Source: Balanoglossus misakiensis
Lineage: Eukaryota; Animalia; Hemichordata
DNA: 64,000 nucleotides
Assembly (NCBI GenBank): GCA_040954595.2
Contig: CM082588.2
Span: 4,404,156 to 4,468,155 of the forward strand
Direction of reading: 5' to 3'
The first letter of the stretch is position 1, and each line of letters starts with the position of its first letter. A model generated the notes under the pieces. The model did not search any database. It was not told where the DNA came from and saw nothing but the letters and a program-made list of their open reading frames with translations. Made by a program: the position numbers and the translations under genes. This document shows positions 56,912 to 64,000 of the stretch, piece after piece.

Positions 56912-59900
56912 TTATTTCTGTTTCTTCTCGATCTCTTGTCCGTTTTGTGTCACTCCATAGGCTGAGCCCCTTTTCGTGTCTGTCACACTGATCATGGCAC
57001 GGATCAGCAAAATTGCTAGAGAAAGGAAACAAATCAAAAGTAATTATGGTACCAACCTTTGATGTGACAACACTCGCAAAGTATCATGCAAAAATCCTGT
57101 CCCTGGAATACATCTCATTGTTAATTACACAAAATCCCCAGATGTCTGTCTCCAACAGTGACAGGATTCATATATACATGCATACATACATACATACATA
57201 CATAGACATATATATTAATATACGCAAATGGACGACAAAATTGACTACAAAATTGAGCAAATTACTCACCAAGAATGACAACGATGATAAGTGTGACTGT
57301 ATACCATATTGGACCATTGATTAAAAGTTTGCCCAGATAATAAAATGATGGAACACACAGAGTGATATTCCAGAAGATTTCAATTAAGAGAGTCGAGACA
57401 GTGCGAGGAATCTTCCGGCCGTGATATTTGCCACCATCGAATCCTTCAAAAGTTTGGTGCTTCAGGAAATATTCATAAGCAGCGTCCTGGTGGAGGAAAG
57501 AAGTAACGTTACAAGTCAGCAAATTTTTTGTGTGTATCTTGAAAGTTGACAGCTGGGGTTGAGTTCAAGCAGATTCAAAGTCATTACAAAATTCTCCCTA
57601 CCTTATATTGGTATATTTTATGGCATTCCATTGCACACTCTTCCTCACTCTCTGTTGATATGTCATTAATTGGAATACGCCTGAAATAGCAAAAGTAAAA
57701 TGCTTTTAATGAACACACTCGCATCTTGTCACTGATGTAAGTTTTTCTCCTTTCATACGAATTATTCGGCTAAATGTCATTGTTTTCTTTAGTTGGGCTA
57801 AATGCAATGGCATGAAAGAACTAGATAAAACAGCTGGGTCAAAGGTCGCCAGAATCTTACCTTACTAACATGTGACCCAAACACTTCTTTCTCATGACGA
57901 TGTTATAGAGCGTCGGCTTGGCATACTCTTCTGAGCAACCGAGAATACAGTCATAGATGGCTGGCACTGCGAACAGAATAAAAAGTGGTAGAGATATGAT
58001 ATTGGTCCCAACAGATAATCACACATCTCACTGACAGCACAAATAAAACAGTTTCTTAATTTCTACCTTTTCCTTTAAATGCTTCCATGACGACCACAAA
58101 TCCTTTGGTTCTGGGCAGAAGATGATGCTTCAGTTCTGGTAGTCCTTTTTGGCGTGCGATTTCGTTGCTTTTCTTTTTCTTTTCCTCTGTGAATCGAGTG
58201 CCTTCACAGAACAGCAGTATCTGAAACAACCACAACAACAACAGCAACAACAAAATAAACACAAATACAAGGCATAAATATCACTGCCATCTTACTGGTC
58301 CTTTCACCAAAACTGGTATTTTTTGAAACACACATAAGTCCGAAAATAAAATGCATTCTTACCCAGCAATGGAGTGGATATTCAGCCAATACTTTCAAGC
58401 ACTTGATGAGATAAGGCTTATCCCGATTCCAGTCTCTCTTCAGAAAAATCATTTCCAGCAACACCCAGGACCATCCGATGAAAGGAACATACCGCAGTTC
58501 TTTTTTGGCAAACACCTTCGATGACTGCAACAGAACGAACAGAAAGCACACATGAAGGCTGATAATATATGTATACATCTACATATTAATACATGTAACC
58601 ACATACAAATCATCAAATCTACTTGTCGATACTTGTTTACGCTAGTTACCTTGGTTATGATTGGTTTTAGTTTTCATGGGGGTTCTGTGCGGAATTTAGC
58701 TTGAGAGGTAATGGGAAGGGGATTTGGTTTATCTTTTTTTTTTTTCCAAAACGTGATGTTATGATCACTGGATTAACTGTGGTAGAAGTCTCCAGCTCGC
58801 TAAGTCATGTTCTCATTCCATGACTACATGTATACTAAAAATGTTTTGTAGAGAATCTTGGGGTTATAGGTTTTCTGATTGTTTCCCTTCAAATTTACGT
58901 GTGCCTGTTTTGTTTCTAGCCCGTACATGCCAAAAAAAAAAAAAAACACATAAAAACTGAAACATTCTAACAGCTGCATGAAGCTTATGAACTATGAACT
59001 GAGTGGCATTTTAACCCGTTCACCACCATGGTTTGACCCAAATCCATTGTTTTCTATGGTAAAGTTGGACCTCTATAGAGGGAAATGGGGGTGAAAGGGT
59101 TGAAGCTGTTTACATGACTGGATCAATGAAATTTTCAGATGAACCAACTGACCTTGACAATGATGACCATGTACGCATATTTCCATGGCAACATTCTTTA
59201 CAATTCCTTTCAAGTTTCAAAAGCTTCATGCAGTGCAAATATTTCTACACAGCTAGTAACACAAATAGTGCAAGGGGCTATTGTTACACCGCCATCTTGT
59301 TCATGTCGTTCTGTAACCATGTCACACTTTGTCAGTTGGGACTAAAAATTACCATAAGTATGACTACTAGTATAAGTTTTTGGACAAAACTTTACGTGGG
59401 ACACTGACAGAGACTATAAAATGAACAAGAAGGCAAAAACTAATGGCTATGTTAGCTTTCACAGGCCACATAATGTTTAAAAAGTTAGTAAACAATGGGA
59501 CAAGTTTTTAAAAATATCTTTGATCACCTGCTACACATGGGATGGGTGGGAGGTGGCAAAGAAACACTAGAAATAATCTGCTTTCAGTTAGCACTATTTT
59601 AAACAATATTAACCTCGCAAAATGCATCATTTACAAGGGAGACAATAAAGAAAACAAGGAAAAGGCAATTTGCAGAGATAATAATCACTTGATGCTTTTC
59701 AGAGGTACATAATGAATATATAAACATGTGCAAAACAAAACAAATAAAACAAACCAATTTCTACACTGGATTGTGTGCGGCTCATGACAACATGTGCAAC
59801 TTACCTGAACAAACTTCTGAGACCCAATGACTGTAGCTTTAGAAAAACAAAGTAAATCGCACCTACCTTGATTAGCCAATCACAGTGTTCGAGTTCAAAG

Positions 59901-62900
59901 GTCGCCCAATGGCAGCAATACAGAGAAAAACATGATGATAGCATGCACTGAGATGTCCGTTTGACACAGTGAAATATTCAATGAACCTTAAACGCACATG
60001 AAGCCAGCCCAACAATTAGTGTAGAATAACAATGCTGTGTGATGCACATGATTTGAGTGGAAAAATAAAGAAAATGTGATAAAACTACAGATTATAAGAA
60101 ACGTCAACAGCAGTTAAAGATGGTTTTGGTTGGTTATATCTATTCAAATGGTCCGCAAGCCTTTTCTTTTCAGTGCTGTTGAATTCTGCATCACTTAAAA
60201 ATTCTTCTTTAAACTTGTTTTTAAAATTTGAAACACTTTTTTACTGCTGAAATATTTCTTGTTAATTCAGCCAACAATAATGTTTGAAAAACAAACTAAG
60301 GGAATAAAACTACCTCTAGAGGGCGGGAACAACTAAAACAGAATAACAAAAACATATTTTATCCTTAAGACAAGCAACCTATACTATAATAGTTTAATAA
60401 ACATATATTCTATGAACAGTTCAATACAGAAACCTTTCAGACTACAAAATTGTTAGCACTTACACAAAATAGTTACTAAGTTAGTGTTATTATATTGAAA
60501 AATAAAGGTTGTAGTTTGCGAGAAGAACAAAACAAAGGCCAACATTACTATGAGGGGAACAATGGGTGACAACATCATAGGTTAGTGAAGGGGGGTCTGC
60601 TTAATGAGGAAACAAGCAATGGAATATGGGAGGAAATTAGCATGTGTTATGAGAACTCTCAAGTATCATGGCATCTTTATATCTATGTCAATATATGCAA
60701 TTCTTTCAAGAGTAATCTTAACCTTTTCACCCCCATTTCCCTCTGGAGAGGTCCAACTTTACCACAGAAAACAATGGTTTTGGACCAAACCATGGCAGTG
60801 AAAGGGCTAAAACTACATCCCCTTCAAAAATATTAAAGAGCATGTTTTGAAAAAATGTAGCACAAGAAAAAAAAACCACCAAAAAATTATAAAGATGATA
60901 AAAACCTGGAAATAATCATTAGCATGTTATCATGAGTATTTGAAGGCAAAAATTAAAATTACAATTATTGAGAGAATATTTGGGAAATAGTGTAAGATGT
61001 AGTTATACAAAGGATCTACATAGGGAGAAGATGATAAATACAAAAAAATGTGAACTGAAGGTTTAATTGGAGAAGTTGTTAATAGTCTTACATTTGGGAT
61101 TGGCAAGTGTTTTTTTATTTTTGGATGAGCAAATGTAAATCAAACTTCTCCAGGACTGATTTTTAAACGTTTTGAATGATCTGTCCATAACTGAAAGGGC
61201 AAATGTTCACCATAGCAACCAGGTATCAAAACCATGAGTTCAGGATATCTCACAGAAGGACTGCACACATCTGATTGGTGGGTTTACAGAACCTTTGACC
61301 CTATGTTAATGAGTGATTCCATGTATGGGGATCAGGAAAAGCGATGAAAAGCACTAACCTTTCTCTATCCAGGTCAAAGGTGAGTCTACCTTATCATTCT
61401 TACATGATCTCTCAATTACACTGGTCGGTAAGTTTACATAGCTAAAATTGGCCAATTTATTTATTCATTCATAACGTTACATATATCATCAAAATTGTCA
61501 TTCTGTGGTCTTCCTCATAACAATATTACAATACAGCTCATGTCTTCATATTCTATCGATGGGGCGGTTATCAGCAACTGCATGTAAGCATTGCAGCCCA
61601 ATGTATGCATTGAAAACTGAGAAAAACATGGCAGTGTACCTACTATGTACATTGATGCTTACTGTGTATGGTTCATGATACTTCACAGTTCTTATATTCT
61701 AATCTTATGCATTTACATGTACTCGCAACAACAACAATAATGCAACAGCAGGGTTCTTCAATTTCGTTACCCCAAAGCAATAAACAACAACTGAATAAAC
61801 AATAACATAAACAACAATAATATGCCTTAGTTCCCTACGGTACATGTATAATACAATCAGTGGTATGGAATGATCATGGTGGGTTATGGTAGTCTAAGAG
61901 CAGAAACTTCAATTTTCTGATGATATTTTTTAAAGAGAAGACAACAAGCTGTTGATTGATAATTATATGGACAGATGATTACAAGCTACCAAATCTAATG
62001 ACAGAGAAAAAGACCCAGATTATTACTATAGTAGGAAGACCACAAACTGAAATTTAAGTTATGTTCTGTCCACAAACACACAAACAATATTACCACTCAC
62101 TTTGCTATGATTTACAATTTAAGTATTTACATCAAATCTTTATCATACTCAAGCCCTGGGTCAATTTTATTTTAACTTATATTAATTACATGTATAAGTT
62201 ATGTCATGTTTAGAAGACTTTTAAAAATCTAAATTAAGCAAATGTATAAAAGAATCAATTTTTTTTATTATTAAGGACAAAGTTGAAACCTTATCAGACT
62301 GACTTTCACACAGGGCATATCTGACTTTATTTTATAATTATGTTTTTAGATTTTAATCTGAACATAATTTTGACCTGATTTTCAAATTAATCATTGCATG
62401 TTAAAGATCAAATGAATGAAACAAAAGCAATTGCGATTTTATTGGCACGTTTAGCAAAATTCAACTAAACTCTAAATTTGGAACATTTCTGTGAATGAAA
62501 GAAATTAAAAGCCAGTACAAAGAAAAGAATATAAAAGATGAAAGTTCAACATGGAAGGTGAATATGATAGATGATGGCGACGACTGATTCAAATTTGTCA
62601 ATTTGTAAAGTTCATCAGAGAAATATTGTTTTAAGTTCCTGATGACATAACTTCATGAGCCTTTTCTCCACTTTTAAAGCAGAACAGGACAACCAATGCA
62701 TATTCATCATCCACTAACTTTTGGTAGGCGGAATACATTCAGTGTATACAAAATAATCTGAAGGCACGTAAGATTTTTAAACAGACATTTGACAAATTTG
62801 AAGCAGTCTTCTGTGCAAAATGTTAGCACTACAGAACAAGAATAGTCCATTGCAGGTTATCTGACAGCTTTTTGGAGACCCCCCTCATCCCCTGATTGCA

Positions 62901-63432
62901 TAATTTATGCAGATACCAACAATTACACGGCAAAGGCTAAGACAGATAGCCTTCGCTGGTATAACACTGGTACTACCACTTTGCATCAACCCAGCTTGGT
63001 GTCTGCAAAGCATTCTTTACACTGGCATTTCTCTATGTGTAAACTCAAACTCAGGTCAACAAAATGCCAGGATGTAAGGGTCACATAGGGGTCATGAAAG
63101 TGGCCTGTAGGTGATGCCCAAACATTTTCTGCCAAGGTTGCTGTGTGTTTTGATTTGGAATATATGACGGCCCAGCACAGACAATCTCTGCAAAGGACTA
63201 CTTTCGCACAAGAGATGAGGTGAATGGGTCAGAGAAGCCACGCTTGGAGGATATCTACTCACCCCGAGCACATTGAACCGGTGACAAATGATCCATCCCA
63301 TCAACCAGTCTATGTCATATTTGTGGTTTAGTATCACCACGCACGATTCCTTACCCAAAGCATCGAACAACGGTGCATCGGAATAAAGGATGCAATCGGT
63401 GCCAGAGAACCACTCGGCTAGATACACCATTT
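56912..63432 (-). CDS. AGPAT3/4: 1-acyl-sn-glycerol-3-phosphate acyltransferase gamma/delta (AGPAT3/4-like), 5'-partial
   Basis: Exons 63432-63263 (NHKYDID, motif I), 58524-58363 (KKELRYVPFIGW, FLKRDW), 58220-58067 (FCEGTR, HLLPRTKGF), 57966-57861, 57680-57602, 57486-57270, 57015-56912 (...RGSAYGVTQNGQEIEKKQK*, dilysine ER-retrieval end). The first coding exon is not in the window. Confidence 0.93.
59011..59103 (-). mobile_element. piggyBac-like MITE, copy 4 (inverted)
   Basis: TTAACCCGTTCACCACCATGG...GGGGTGAAAGGGTTGA; the interior is the reverse complement of the other copies. Confidence 0.78.
60718..60810 (+). mobile_element. piggyBac-like MITE, copy 5
   Basis: TTAACCTTTTCACC...AGTGAAAGGGCTAA. 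Confidence 0.75.
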
Positions 63433-63650
63433 CTGCTAGGACAACAAGGAAGACGGTCAGTGATATCGAGTGTGCAGGACGTGAAGTGCACCAGCCAACA
63501 GACAGTTGGAGATCTTTCATGGCGAGACTCAGTTATCTCACATGTCAAGCATGTTGCATTTGTGACCAGTTCCATGTACAAACAAATTGCACATTGACTA
63601 CCCAGTTTTCTGTGTCAATACCAAGCTAGTTACGATTGCTTGAAGAGTTT

Positions 63651-63766
63651 CAATCTGATTAAAATCAGATGTAGGGAACGGCAACATGTTTTTTTTTATG
63701 CTGTGTGAGGTGACAGCACAAAAAAATCCACGTCGCCATTCCCTACATCTGATTTTAATCAGATTG
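63651..63766. mobile_element. 116-bp foldback MITE with 9-bp target-site duplication
   Basis: TIR CAATCTGATTAAAATCAGATGTAGGGAA ... TTCCCTACATCTGATTTTAATCAGATTG; GAAGAGTTT directly flanks both ends (63642-63650 and 63767-63775). Confidence 0.88.
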
Positions 63767-64000
63767 GAAGAGTTTGTGAGTCTGTCATGTTCTTTTTAAG
63801 TTAAAAAGTCATTGTACACGTGAAATTCTACAAAACTGGACACTGTGGCTGCGTTTCTGACTGAGTCTCGCACTGAAAAAACAAGCGACTGTCTGTTTCC
63901 TAGTCCAGGGTCTTTGGGACTCCCATACTTACACCGAGAATACGAAACCGTGAACACAACGTCCAACCCAGCAACCAATCAATTTCATAATGATGGTTCA

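Overview
AT-rich, intron-containing eukaryotic genomic DNA, probably a marine invertebrate bilaterian (inferred from gene style and repeats; the organism cannot be fixed from sequence alone). Five genes can be read by hand-splicing. (1) quaking/QKI (minus; coding exons 1-2, with a ~14 kb intron 1; the gene continues off the left edge). (2) The DEAD-box helicase DDX18/HAS1 (plus, ~13 exons), which hosts three near-identical intronic C/D-box snoRNAs and ends with a U12-type intron. (3) TMEM50 (minus, 6 exons), tail-to-tail with DDX18. (4) A single-exon TTLL2-like tubulin polyglutamylase CDS (plus, 747 aa). (5) AGPAT3/4-like acyltransferase (minus; 7 exons, 5' end off the right edge). Between TTLL2 and AGPAT lies an ~8 kb block of 5-6 unrelated, abutting tandem arrays. 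Three MITE-like families are present. Most short ORFs in the track are spurious. I found no prokaryote-type system and no clearly new protein system. The best leads are the snoRNA triplet, the minor intron, the QKI-TTLL2-AGPAT linkage, the mosaic repeat block, a nearly open in-frame TMEM50 intron and a QKI response element in QKI's own leader.
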